64,000 bases of DNA from Phycisphaerae bacterium (lineage in GTDB: Bacteria > Planctomycetota > Phycisphaerae > UBA1845): positions 960,001-1,024,000 of the forward strand of contig CAXXGO010000006.1 of assembly GCA_963666835.2 (NCBI GenBank), given 5' to 3'. Of the stretch, positions 9,856 through 19,237 are shown one piece after another (the first letter of the stretch is position 1; each line of letters begins with the position of its first letter). The notes under the pieces were generated by a model that worked only from the letters and a program-made list of their open reading frames with translations, did not search any database and was not told the DNA's origin. A program made the position numbers and the translations under genes.

Positions 9856-10926
9856 CTACGGTACTAAGGTCACGATTCCGTTGCCCGCACGCAGGGTCAT
9901 GGGACGTTCAAGGGTGTCGGTTCCGATCGGATTATCACCCGGGTCCAGCATCCAGATGGTCCCACCTTCTGGCGCAAAGACCAGATAGGCCAAGGGCAAA
10001 CTGTAGTACGGATCCATGAAGGTCCCGGACCCCGCTCCGACCGGAGGATCCCCCACAAAATACCAGTCGCTTTCGGGATACAGAAACGACATGATTCGAG
10101 CATCCCAGAAGCTGAGGTAACTGCGGTTCCCAAGTGAGTTCTGCCACTGCGTGTCGTAGGGTGGAAGGACGGTAATCGTCCGGCAGTTGTCCAGGTCCGA
10201 GGAGCAGCTTACCGGCGAACATGCCACATCCGGATCCGCGCCGCAGCACGAGAACGCGCATTGGCCATAGTGCATAATGGACTCGAAGTCGTACGGACCG
10301 TAGTAGCCCGCCATCGAGTGGAGGTCGAAGTTGTGGTCTTTGCCGTCGATAATACGATCCCACTCGATCTGCACGTAGTCGTCGCGGTCCGGCCGGGACT
10401 GTTCGTGCCAGTATCCCAACGAGTGGCCGAGTTCGTGCGCAATAATGAAGCGTGCGGTCCAACTGACGATGTTGACGATTTGCACGCCACCCTGTCTGCC
10501 CACGAACGAGCTGTTGGTTGGTTCGTCATCACCGGTGGAATCACGCATCCTGATTCGAGCGAAACCGTGCTCTGCGAAAACCCACGGGACGAAATCCACG
10601 GCGGTCACGTCTTCCCATACCGCCATCGCGTCGATCGATCGCTGCTGGTTCACGGCACTCACGTTCGAGTCGAAGTCGTATGGAACTATGCCATCAGGCC
10701 AGAGAGCCGTCGTGTACGGGCTGCGATCACCCGGAGATCCGCAGTAGATAATGTCGCCCTCGATCAGGTCGCAGCCAATGGGCACGCCGCGTCCATCGAG
10801 CTGAAGTTCACCGGGCGGAGCTGCATCGGACGCGGGTTCGGCCTGAGCGGCAGTGGGCAACATCACTACCAGCAAGGGAACCATCAGGCTGAGTCCAATC
10901 ATAGGTTTCACACAGTTGATATTCAC
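9856..10926 (-). CDS. M12A astacin-family zinc metallopeptidase
   Basis: HELGHSLGYWHEQSRPDRD zinc motif, YDFESIMHY Met-turn, IEGDI propeptide, WPDGIVPY mature start; signal peptide. Confidence 0.95.
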   Translation of the reverse strand: MNINCVKPMIGLSLMVPLLVVMLPTAAQAEPASDAAPPGELQLDGRGVPIGCDLIEGDIIYCGSPGDRSPYTTALWPDGIVPYDFDSNVSAVNQQRSIDAMAVWEDVTAVDFVPWVFAEHGFARIRMRDSTGDDEPTNSSFVGRQGGVQIVNIVSWTARFIIAHELGHSLGYWHEQSRPDRDDYVQIEWDRIIDGKDHNFDLHSMAGYYGPYDFESIMHYGQCAFSCCGADPDVACSPVSCSSDLDNCRTITVLPPYDTQWQNSLGNRSYLSFWDARIMSFLYPESDWYFVGDPPVGAGSGTFMDPYYSLPLAYLVFAPEGGTIWMLDPGDNPIGTDTLERPMTLRAGNGIVTLVP

Positions 10927-10963
10927 AGTATTCGCTCCTCGTCAAACGTCATTGAAGGAAGGC

Positions 10964-11009
10964 GGTGTCAGAAAGACCTCTCTTTGCCCTGGAAGCTCTT
11001 CCTGACACC
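10964..11009. repeat. Intergenic inverted repeat GGTGTCAGAAAGA / TCTTCCTGACACC
   Basis: 12 of 13 bases complementary, between the fibre gene and the astacin gene. Confidence 0.7.
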
Positions 11010-11039
11010 TTTTCCTCCCCGTCCTCTCCTCTTTTCTTG

Positions 11040-14000
11040 CTACTGCAGATTGACCAGCACCAGGACCAGGCCCCGTTCGCCTTGGGCGAGGCGGCTCATA
11101 GCCTTGCCGATAACAGCGCCCTGGGCCCGTGAGGAATCCTCGACTTTCATTGCGTGGCCGGGGGTGTCCGAAGTCGTGAGCAAATCACCCGGCTGGATCG
11201 CAGCGTTGGACGCATCACAATGCGTCCAGACACGTCCGGTCAAGGCGATCGGGTGTTCACCGTGGGCGATGCTGCCCTTCTGTCCCATGACCATTCCCGG
11301 GTTGATCCCGCCGGCGCCGCTTATCACGCCGGCTACCCTAGAGTCATACGCCGACGTGCTAATCACGAGCTTGCCGACGTTGTCCGGATCGATGCTGACG
11401 AGCATACCGGGCTCGGCGGCACCAGCGCTGCCACCCACGTCGAACGGCTCGGCCAAATCAGCGCCGCCTTCGAGTTGCAGAACCTTGACCGTAGTAATGC
11501 CCGTACTGTCATTGACCCGGAAGATGTCGTTGGAGGTAGTGCCGTGCTCCAACACCACGATATCGCCGTAGAACTTGGCGGCGTAACGCCCACCCTTGGC
11601 AACCAGACCGTCCCAACTCGATTCGGTATAGACGCCAATACCCTCACCGTTCGGGGCGAGTGCTTCAACCGCTCTGGCGGTCGCACCAGTCACTTTGGCG
11701 TACACACCACGGCCGTTGGCCCCGCTGGCTTCGAACCAGCCGCCGCGGCTTTCCCCGGAAGTTCCGTTACTCGTACAACTGCCTTTGACGCCATACCCGC
11801 CGTCTTGGGTGGACCTGAAGGAGCCGCCACCGCTGCCGTCGGACGAACCCCAAACCGCGATTGCGTCGCTCATAGCGTAGACCGCGTAGCCGTGATCGGA
11901 GATCGCGGTAACCGCGTTGCCCGACCCGATCACTTTAAATGACCCGGCGCTGGTCTCTTCGCTGGCGGCATTGGTGAGGACCGCACTAATTCCACCGGTT
12001 GATTGCCCAGTTCCCGTGTTCGTGATCTTGAACGCTACTTGGCCGTCGGCGTCTATCGTCTCATCGACCGGGAGGCTGAAATCACCGCCTGCGGCCTGCC
12101 ACGTTCCGACCCCGTTGGCATCCGAGGTAAGCACGTACCCGGCCGACGGGGAATCGGTCAGCTTCAAGCCAGTCATGGTGATTGTACCGTCCACGTCCAG
12201 TTCTGTCGTTGGGCTTGTGGGGCCGGAGCCCGATGGGCTTCCAATGAATACCGGCCCGCGAAAATAACCGGCCCAACCGCCGTCGTTGTTCTCACCCTGA
12301 ACGCCGCGCCCAGCGGGCGACTCAGAGATACCCTTGACTCCGAAGTTGGTTCCGGATCCGGTCGTCGCCTTCCCCTGGACGCCGACTCCCTGGGGACTGG
12401 AGGCCTCCCCGCGAATGCCGAAGCAGGAATTCGCCGTATCGTCGACATACCCGTAGACTCCGGTGACGCTTTGACCCGTGGCGGAACCGGTAATCGCCGG
12501 CCCGGCACCCGTGCCGGCCTCCCTCTTGACCTTGAGTGGAGCCCCATCAATCGGCTCCACGCCGATTCCCACGCAGCCACTGAAATATCCCCTGCCGTTA
12601 AAATAGCCGCCGAAGCCGTCGGGGGAGTTGGCTTGCCCGTAGATGGCGTAAGTCTCTCCGGTGGTCCCGGCCGCCCAACCGTACACTGCCCGCCCGGTGG
12701 TGCTCTCGGTGTATCCCTGCACGCCGACGGAGTTACCGGTAAGCGAGTCATTTCGCCCGAGCACACCCTTGGCATTCGGAGCGTTGGCGGAGAAGAACCC
12801 GCCCATGGCCGCTCCGCTGGTGGCCTCGGCCCGCCCGCGAACGGCATGTCCGTAGATGCTATCGCTTTCGAAATAACCGCCCGCACCATTGCCGGTGGTT
12901 GCGGTGGAATGGCCGTACACACCTCGGCCGTCGACGGCGCTGTTCTCACCGGCCAACGCCGCGCTGGATCCGGCCGTCGAGGTAGACTCGGCGTACACAA
13001 CCTGATCGGCATCGCCGATCACATGCAGCGGGTAGTCGGGTGTGGTTACACCGATTCCGAGGTCGTCCCGGATATAGGCACTGCCTTCAACGTCCAGCAT
13101 CTGAACGGGTTTTGCCAGACTGGTGGTTCCGATTCCGACGTAGCCGTCGTCGTAATAGATGTCGTCGTCGGGTCCGTCCTTCCAGAATCCGGACCCGCCG
13201 CCGGGGGGAGCCTGCCAGGTACCGAATCCGCTTCCGTCGCACGTCAGCACATAGCCACTGGAGGATTCGTCGCCGAGTCTGAGACCGTCCATCGCAACCG
13301 TGCCGCCAACGTCCAGCGGATACGTCGGGTTCTGGGTCCAGATGCCCACCTTGCCATCGTCGAAGTAGATGTCATCGTCCGGACCGTCCTTCCACAACTC
13401 AGAGCCGCCGGTTGGGGCTTGCCAAGTCGCCACGCCGGCGGAATCGGCGGTCAGCACATGGCCGGCCGTGGCCGTATCACCGACTCGCAGTCCGTCCACC
13501 TTGACGGTGGAGTCGACTTGCAGGGCGTACTGGGGACTAACCCCGGAGCCCATTGCGATTCCGACGTACCCGTCGCTGTAGTAGATGTGGTCGTTCTCAT
13601 CAACATCCCACACGCTTGATCCGCTCGGCGCTTGCCAGGTTCCGATTCCGCCGGCATCGGCCGTGAGCACATGACCTGCCGTCGGCGCGGTGGTCAGTTG
13701 CAGGCCGGTGGTCTTGATGATGCCGTATACTTCGAGGTTCTCGGTTGGAGTCATCACGCCAATGCCGACCTTACCTTCGCTGTACGTGATGTTGTCTTCC
13801 GTATCGATCCGCCAGAAGCAATCGCCGGCGGCGGTCGGCGCCTGCCACGTACCGAACCCGTCAGCGTCGGCGGTCAGAACGTGCCCGGCCGTTGCAGCAT
13901 CTCCGACCTTCAGACTGTCCACGGCGGCCGTCCCGACGACGTCAAGTGGATACAGGGGTGTCTGGTCGGCGCCCATACCGATTCCGACATAACCGTCGCC

Positions 14001-14987
14001 GTAGTAGATGTTGTCGTTGGGGTCGATGCTCCACGGGGTGGATCCCCCGCTCCCGGCCGGCTGCCAGGCTCCCACGCCCGACGCGTTGGAGGTCAGGACC
14101 CAACCTGCAACGGGAGCGGTGGTGAGTTTAAAGCCGGTGGTCTGGATCGTTCCGTTCACGTCGAGCATCTCGGCGGGATCGGTTACGCCGATGCCGACTT
14201 CATCGCGGAAGTACCCGCGTCCTCTGAAGTAGCCGCCGTAACCGTCGGCCGAGTTGGTATGTCCGTAGACGCCGTAGTTTGCGCCGCTGCTGTCCGAGGC
14301 GTATCCATACACGCCTATCGCGCCGGTCCCATTGGCGCTGAAGTGCCCGCCGTGGTTTGCGTTGGCTCCCACTCCGGTTGCGCTGCCCATGACCGCAAAA
14401 TTGGCGGACTCGGAAGCGTCGGCCTTGAGGGCTACACCTTCCAAGCCGGTGGCACTGGTCGAGAGCCCCACGCCCTCCTCGCCGGAGGCCGCTGCCACCA
14501 TAGCGGCAACTGATCCACTCGGCTGATTGACCCGGAATGCGTCACCGCTGTCGAGGGGGCAGGTACCTTCATACGGCAGAGTGAACCCCGACCCGCCCGG
14601 AGCGTCGAACGCATACAGGGCGTATGGTGCGGCGGTCACCGGTTGACGGGGATCCAAAGTGGCACTGCCGTCGCGCGTGCTGACGTAGATTTCAACCCAG
14701 CGGCGATCGCCGGTGAAGAGATCCGTCCCCGTGAAGCTAAGCTCCACGGTGAATAAACCGTTCTGGACATCAACGTCTGTCAATGCAACGGCACTCAGCC
14801 TAGTACCGCCGGTTTCGCGGTCATACAGGGTGAATGTGAGATCCGCCAGACCGTCATACGGTGCCCCGTCCAGCTTGAGCTGTCCCTGGTAAGTGATGGG
14901 TGGCGCAGCCGCGTCGGTCGGTAGCGCAAAACTCACCGCAAGCAGCCCCGCGGTCAGAACGACAGTAGTTATCCTATACCTGTTCAT
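11040..14987 (-). CDS. Secreted mosaic tail-fibre-like/adhesin protein with putative C-terminal intramolecular-chaperone (peptidase G2-like) domain
   Basis: AAGGA RBS before ATG 14987 and signal peptide; ITYQGQL...FTLYD...GLFTVEL...PRQPVTAAPYA N-domain; 6x GxVLTxxxxGxxxWQ, 5x Wxx(D)xxDxIYYxxGxVGI and Gly-rich GVYG/GGYF repeats; C-terminal GADLAEPF...IQPGDLLTTS...GHAMK...IGKAM. Confidence 0.85.
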   Translation of the reverse strand: MNRYRITTVVLTAGLLAVSFALPTDAAAPPITYQGQLKLDGAPYDGLADLTFTLYDRETGGTRLSAVALTDVDVQNGLFTVELSFTGTDLFTGDRRWVEIYVSTRDGSATLDPRQPVTAAPYALYAFDAPGGSGFTLPYEGTCPLDSGDAFRVNQPSGSVAAMVAAASGEEGVGLSTSATGLEGVALKADASESANFAVMGSATGVGANANHGGHFSANGTGAIGVYGYASDSSGANYGVYGHTNSADGYGGYFRGRGYFRDEVGIGVTDPAEMLDVNGTIQTTGFKLTTAPVAGWVLTSNASGVGAWQPAGSGGSTPWSIDPNDNIYYGDGYVGIGMGADQTPLYPLDVVGTAAVDSLKVGDAATAGHVLTADADGFGTWQAPTAAGDCFWRIDTEDNITYSEGKVGIGVMTPTENLEVYGIIKTTGLQLTTAPTAGHVLTADAGGIGTWQAPSGSSVWDVDENDHIYYSDGYVGIAMGSGVSPQYALQVDSTVKVDGLRVGDTATAGHVLTADSAGVATWQAPTGGSELWKDGPDDDIYFDDGKVGIWTQNPTYPLDVGGTVAMDGLRLGDESSSGYVLTCDGSGFGTWQAPPGGGSGFWKDGPDDDIYYDDGYVGIGTTSLAKPVQMLDVEGSAYIRDDLGIGVTTPDYPLHVIGDADQVVYAESTSTAGSSAALAGENSAVDGRGVYGHSTATTGNGAGGYFESDSIYGHAVRGRAEATSGAAMGGFFSANAPNAKGVLGRNDSLTGNSVGVQGYTESTTGRAVYGWAAGTTGETYAIYGQANSPDGFGGYFNGRGYFSGCVGIGVEPIDGAPLKVKREAGTGAGPAITGSATGQSVTGVYGYVDDTANSCFGIRGEASSPQGVGVQGKATTGSGTNFGVKGISESPAGRGVQGENNDGGWAGYFRGPVFIGSPSGSGPTSPTTELDVDGTITMTGLKLTDSPSAGYVLTSDANGVGTWQAAGGDFSLPVDETIDADGQVAFKITNTGTGQSTGGISAVLTNAASEETSAGSFKVIGSGNAVTAISDHGYAVYAMSDAIAVWGSSDGSGGGSFRSTQDGGYGVKGSCTSNGTSGESRGGWFEASGANGRGVYAKVTGATARAVEALAPNGEGIGVYTESSWDGLVAKGGRYAAKFYGDIVVLEHGTTSNDIFRVNDSTGITTVKVLQLEGGADLAEPFDVGGSAGAAEPGMLVSIDPDNVGKLVISTSAYDSRVAGVISGAGGINPGMVMGQKGSIAHGEHPIALTGRVWTHCDASNAAIQPGDLLTTSDTPGHAMKVEDSSRAQGAVIGKAMSRLAQGERGLVLVLVNLQ

Positions 14988-15085
14988 CTTCCGTTTCCTT
15001 TTCGAAACATGATCCTGTGCCGGATCGTCCGAATATATGTTCACAACCGATCGACGGTCCGACCGCTCCCGGCCGGCTTCGCGTG

Positions 15086-15505
15086 TTACGGTTTTTGCAA
15101 TAGCACCTGGAATTCCGCATAGTCCGCCACGTCCACGTCACGGTCACCGTCCTGATCGAAGCAACTGCACCATTGCTCGGGAGGCGTCAGCCGTGGTCCC
15201 GCGAGACAGAACTCGAAGTCGGCGTAGTCGTACAAGTTGACCCCGCCATCGCTGTTACAGTCGTCCGGGACCAAGCCGAACCAGAAGCCCCCGGTTAGCT
15301 CGAAGCCTCTTCCGATTAAGGGCGTGGTTGCGTCCGGTTGGCCGATCGATCCGCTCAGCTCGAAACCGGCGGCGGTACTTCGCATCGCGCCGCCGCCATC
15401 GACGGTGAACCAATCGAGAGCGAACTGGGGGACCGCCGCTCCGGCTGTCGCCGCAATTGCAGCCAGAAGCGCCCCTCCGAATACTAGGGTCCGATATTTC
15501 TTCAT
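15086..15505 (-). CDS. Small secreted protein with WFTVDGGG..SGSIGQP..GGFW motif and C-terminal dockerin-like/EF-hand pair
   Basis: Signal peptide MKKYRTL...AGA; two Ca-binding-like loops DCNSDGGVNLYDY and DQDGDRDVDVADY; GGAG RBS upstream. Confidence 0.8.
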   Translation of the reverse strand: MKKYRTLVFGGALLAAIAATAGAAVPQFALDWFTVDGGGAMRSTAAGFELSGSIGQPDATTPLIGRGFELTGGFWFGLVPDDCNSDGGVNLYDYADFEFCLAGPRLTPPEQWCSCFDQDGDRDVDVADYAEFQVLLQKP

Positions 15506-15899
15506 GATAGAACTCTCCGTGCCGTGCATCCGGCTATGCCGACCGTAGTCGGCCCGCTTGGGAAGAGGTGACCCCGGTCGCTTACCGGGGCGTGTGCCTC
15601 TCCCGCTATTACCAACTACCGGATTACGCGAGGATACCCGCAAAGATCCACTTTTTACAGGGGACAGCCGAGGATTACTCGAGGTGATTCGTACTGCGGG
15701 GCGGGCGGAGTGGCCAATAACTACGAACGGCGTTGCCGCTGTTATGCGCGCTGCTTGCCGGCGGGATCATCACGCCCGGCGTCGGTTGCGATCTGTCTCG
15801 AATGCGGAGCCCGTGCTCTTCGTAAACAAACGGGGCGGACACCGGAGAAACTCGGAGAACCCGGCATCCGCCCCCAAACCAAGACGCTTTGGGCGGCCG

Positions 15900-18833
15900 T
15901 CAGAAATCACCCAGTTCTCTATCTTCCTCCAGCAAGGCGTGCCCGTCGCACGGCTTGCCGCCCACCTTCAGGTTCTCTTGATAATGACTGCCGGCTGAGG
16001 CAGCCACCGGAACCGGTGCGCGCTGCGGTTCCCGGTGGAGGCGGGTGACACCGGCCGTGGGCTGGGGCGCCTGCGGTGGTGGAGCGGCGGCCGCCATCGG
16101 CGGGGCACTGACGGTAGTGGTTTCGTTCGTCGTGCCTTTGACCATCTGAACCAACTCATTCACGAGAATCTGGGCCGCCTGAGCTTGAGCCGACATCTCC
16201 TCGGCAGCCGCGGCAGATTCCTCGGCACCCGCGGCATTCTGTTGCGTGACCTGATCCATCTGCGACACCGCGGTGTTGACCTGCTCGACGCCCTGGGCCT
16301 GCTCTTCACTTGCCCGGGCGATCCCCTCAATCAGTCCGGTCACTTTGGAGACATCACTTACGATCACGCTAAGGGCCTTTCCCACCTCGTCGGCCACGTC
16401 GGCACCCTCCTTGGCCTTGAGGACGGAATCCTCGATCAGCCCGGTAGTCTCGCGGGCGGCTTGGGCGGCGCGTTGGGCCAGGTTACGAACCTCGTCGGCT
16501 ACTACTGCGAAACCTTTGCCGTGTTCCCCGGCGCGAGCGGCTTCAACCGCCGCATTCAGTGCCAGCAGGTTGGTTTGGAACGCGATCTCCTCGATCACCT
16601 TGATAATCTTACTGATCTGGCCGGACGACTCGTTTATTCCGGTCATCGCCTGGTTGAGCTGGTGCATGGTACGATCGCCCTCTTCGGCGGCGGCCCGGGC
16701 GCTTCCGCTGAGCTCATTCGCCTGCTTAGCGTTCTGCGCGTTCGTGCGCGTCATGGCCGCCATCTGTTCGAGGGCGCTCGAAGTCTCTTCGAGGGAGGAA
16801 GCTTGTTCGCTGGCTCCGGCGGCCAGCTCCTGGGCCGAGGTGGATACCTGGTTGGAGCCATCCGTCACCTGGGCGGCGTTCTCGGACATTCCCTCGATGA
16901 TCCGATTGAAGGTCTTTGCCGTTTCCTTTAGCTCGGCGGGGCTGAAGGTCTTTAATCCTCTGAAGATCTCCCTGAACGGACGGGTGATTCCGCGGGTGAT
17001 GATTAGGCTGACCGCCGTCACCACAATCACGGCACCGACGGCCAACATACCGACCCAGGTCAGAAGGGTGGTGCCCGCCGCATTAGCCGTCTCGTTCATT
17101 CCCGTCACCGCAGCCATCGCAACGGCTTCGTCGATTTCGCAGACCAGCGCCCATTTCGTGCCGAGAATGTCCAACGGCGCCCACGCCGATAATACGGAGC
17201 TTCCGAGGTAGTCTTCGATGACCTTGGCCTCGGTCGTCCCGCTTAGTGCCCCGCGGGTGGCGTCGGTGTTCACCTTGTTGCCCTGCACGAACGAGGCCGC
17301 GATGGTGTACCGATCGGGATTGAGGATTGAGTCGGACCGCATATATCCGTCCGCCCCGACCAGATAAGCCTCGAGGGTCTTCTCCTTGCTCGAGCCCGCG
17401 GCCATCATCTCGCTGATCGACGCATCCGAAAGCTGCAGCGCCACGATCATGTCGATGTTGCCATCGTACACGATCGGCTGGGCAAGGAACGCCGCCGGAA
17501 CGCCGTTGCTCGGGGCATACGGCTCGAAGTCACCGAAGGTGAACCTCCTTGTGTCAAGACATTGTCGCACTGCTCTGCCCAGGCTCGAATCGGAGTACTT
17601 TCCGTTGATCAGGTTCGTCTGATAGTCCGACTCTCGCCCCACCGTGTAGAAGCAGTAGCCGTCGGGGTTCAGCAGGAACAGATCGTAATAACCGTAAAGG
17701 TCGGTGTACTTGCTGAAGAAGTACGTACCGGCTTCGTCTTTAGGGCAGAACGCTTCGGCCACATCCATCTCCGACACCATCGCCCAACGAACGCCGCTGC
17801 CGACTTCCACCGCATTCCAGCAGGACAGAACCGGGTTCCCGTTGTAGTCACCGATGATCTTCTGATCCTCACCACCGGCGAGTGCCCCCCGGGTGGCTTC
17901 AGTATCGACTCTGTTGTTGCTCTTAAAGGAGGCCTCAACAGAGTACTTGTCCGGATTCAGGAACGAGTCCGACCTCATCAGAAGATCTTGCCCCACCAGA
18001 TAAGACTCGCCGGTCTCCCCCATGCCGTCGCGGATCAGCATGATCTCATTGATCTTGTCGATTGGAATCTGAAACGCGACATAGCCGGCGAGCTTACCCG
18101 CCTCGTCGTGCATCTGGCCCATCATGAAGCCGGCCGGGGCTCCGTTTGACGGGGCATAGGGAGCGAAGTCCGCCACGACGATCTCATCAGACCTCATCTT
18201 CCGGGCTTTCGCAAAGGCGTCGCCCATCGGACTGTCCCGAAGTTCACTGTTGGGGATGGTCATCCCCAGATCCGACTCACGCGCAACCGTATAGACAATG
18301 TTGCCGTCCGGGTGAACCAGAAACAGATCATACCACCCGTTATCCTCCATGAGGTCCCTCATGCGCCCTTCGTACTTCTCCGCCAGGGTCTTCCACTGTG
18401 GAGTATCGATCCGGCCTCCGCCCTCTTCGAAGGCCTTTTCCAGTTCGAGCAGGGCTTGGGCCGTGTATGGATCGTCCTTCACCACGCGCAGTTGCTGTTT
18501 CATGCCGTTGAGGTAGTTCTCGATGAAGGACTTTTTGATTTTCTGGATGGACTCCAGCTTGGCGAAGGCCTCCGCCCGAAGAGTGCCGACCGTCTCTGCC
18601 AGCACGCCCATATCGGCCTGGCGTTCATCGAAGAAAGACTCGATCTGTTTCTTCTTTACGTCCCGCAGCGCCGTGAGTTGGTCGTAGGCGTTCTTCTCCA
18701 ATGCGGCACTACCTCGATCGCGAATGGTCCCCATACCATCATCAGCAGTGCTATAGCTGACGTAGGCGACCACCAGGAGCGGGACTAAGCCGCAGCCAAG
18801 AAAACACGCAACCAGTTTTGTTCCGAGCTTCAT
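15900..18833 (-). CDS. Methyl-accepting chemotaxis protein with duplicated Cache sensory region
   Basis: Two TM helices; duplicated YDLFL..PDG..YTV.RESD / DF.PYAPSNG.PA / YLVG.D..MRSDS motifs; hairpin tip [37 protein letters not shown]; start assigned at MKLGTKL. Confidence 0.95.
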   Translation of the reverse strand: MKLGTKLVACFLGCGLVPLLVVAYVSYSTADDGMGTIRDRGSAALEKNAYDQLTALRDVKKKQIESFFDERQADMGVLAETVGTLRAEAFAKLESIQKIKKSFIENYLNGMKQQLRVVKDDPYTAQALLELEKAFEEGGGRIDTPQWKTLAEKYEGRMRDLMEDNGWYDLFLVHPDGNIVYTVARESDLGMTIPNSELRDSPMGDAFAKARKMRSDEIVVADFAPYAPSNGAPAGFMMGQMHDEAGKLAGYVAFQIPIDKINEIMLIRDGMGETGESYLVGQDLLMRSDSFLNPDKYSVEASFKSNNRVDTEATRGALAGGEDQKIIGDYNGNPVLSCWNAVEVGSGVRWAMVSEMDVAEAFCPKDEAGTYFFSKYTDLYGYYDLFLLNPDGYCFYTVGRESDYQTNLINGKYSDSSLGRAVRQCLDTRRFTFGDFEPYAPSNGVPAAFLAQPIVYDGNIDMIVALQLSDASISEMMAAGSSKEKTLEAYLVGADGYMRSDSILNPDRYTIAASFVQGNKVNTDATRGALSGTTEAKVIEDYLGSSVLSAWAPLDILGTKWALVCEIDEAVAMAAVTGMNETANAAGTTLLTWVGMLAVGAVIVVTAVSLIITRGITRPFREIFRGLKTFSPAELKETAKTFNRIIEGMSENAAQVTDGSNQVSTSAQELAAGASEQASSLEETSSALEQMAAMTRTNAQNAKQANELSGSARAAAEEGDRTMHQLNQAMTGINESSGQISKIIKVIEEIAFQTNLLALNAAVEAARAGEHGKGFAVVADEVRNLAQRAAQAARETTGLIEDSVLKAKEGADVADEVGKALSVIVSDVSKVTGLIEGIARASEEQAQGVEQVNTAVSQMDQVTQQNAAGAEESAAAAEEMSAQAQAAQILVNELVQMVKGTTNETTTVSAPPMAAAAPPPQAPQPTAGVTRLHREPQRAPVPVAASAGSHYQENLKVGGKPCDGHALLEEDRELGDF

Positions 18834-19237
18834 GTTCAATGTCTCCGTTTGCCTCGACCACCAACGACACGAGTTGTTCGTTATGACCTGTGTGTCATTT
18901 GTCACGCCGTGACCGGGTCATTACGGCACCCGCCTTGGATGCCCCGACTCAGTTCGTAATGTTCCCAATTGATCTGCTCGGCATCCGTTTGCTTGCCGAA
19001 TGCCTGTCTAAGCACTTGTGATTAGTGCCGAGTTCCAACCTGCCCCTGAACTGCCTTTAGTCGGCGCTGGAAAACGACGACCATTCCCATCCGGGCTCTC
19101 ATCCATCGACGCTTGAGGTGCTCCAATCGATGATGGTTTACCCCTGTATTGCTTCCGTTGTATTCGCCGATAACACTCGCTTGCCCTATAAACACTCGAT
19201 TGTCAGACTAGGTTAGTGCCGGCGTTGTCGGTATGGG

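Noticed and set aside
11040..14987. Prophage or tailocin interpretation of the fibre gene
   Set aside because: It has a signal peptide, and no capsid, tail tube/sheath, baseplate, terminase or integrase genes are nearby
18906..19237. Possible c-di-GMP riboswitch upstream of the MCP (minus-strand GGGGTAAACC)
   Set aside because: The remaining GEMM elements (GNRA loop, GACGCAAAGC, CTAA receptor) could not be identified; an Infernal/Rfam scan would settle it
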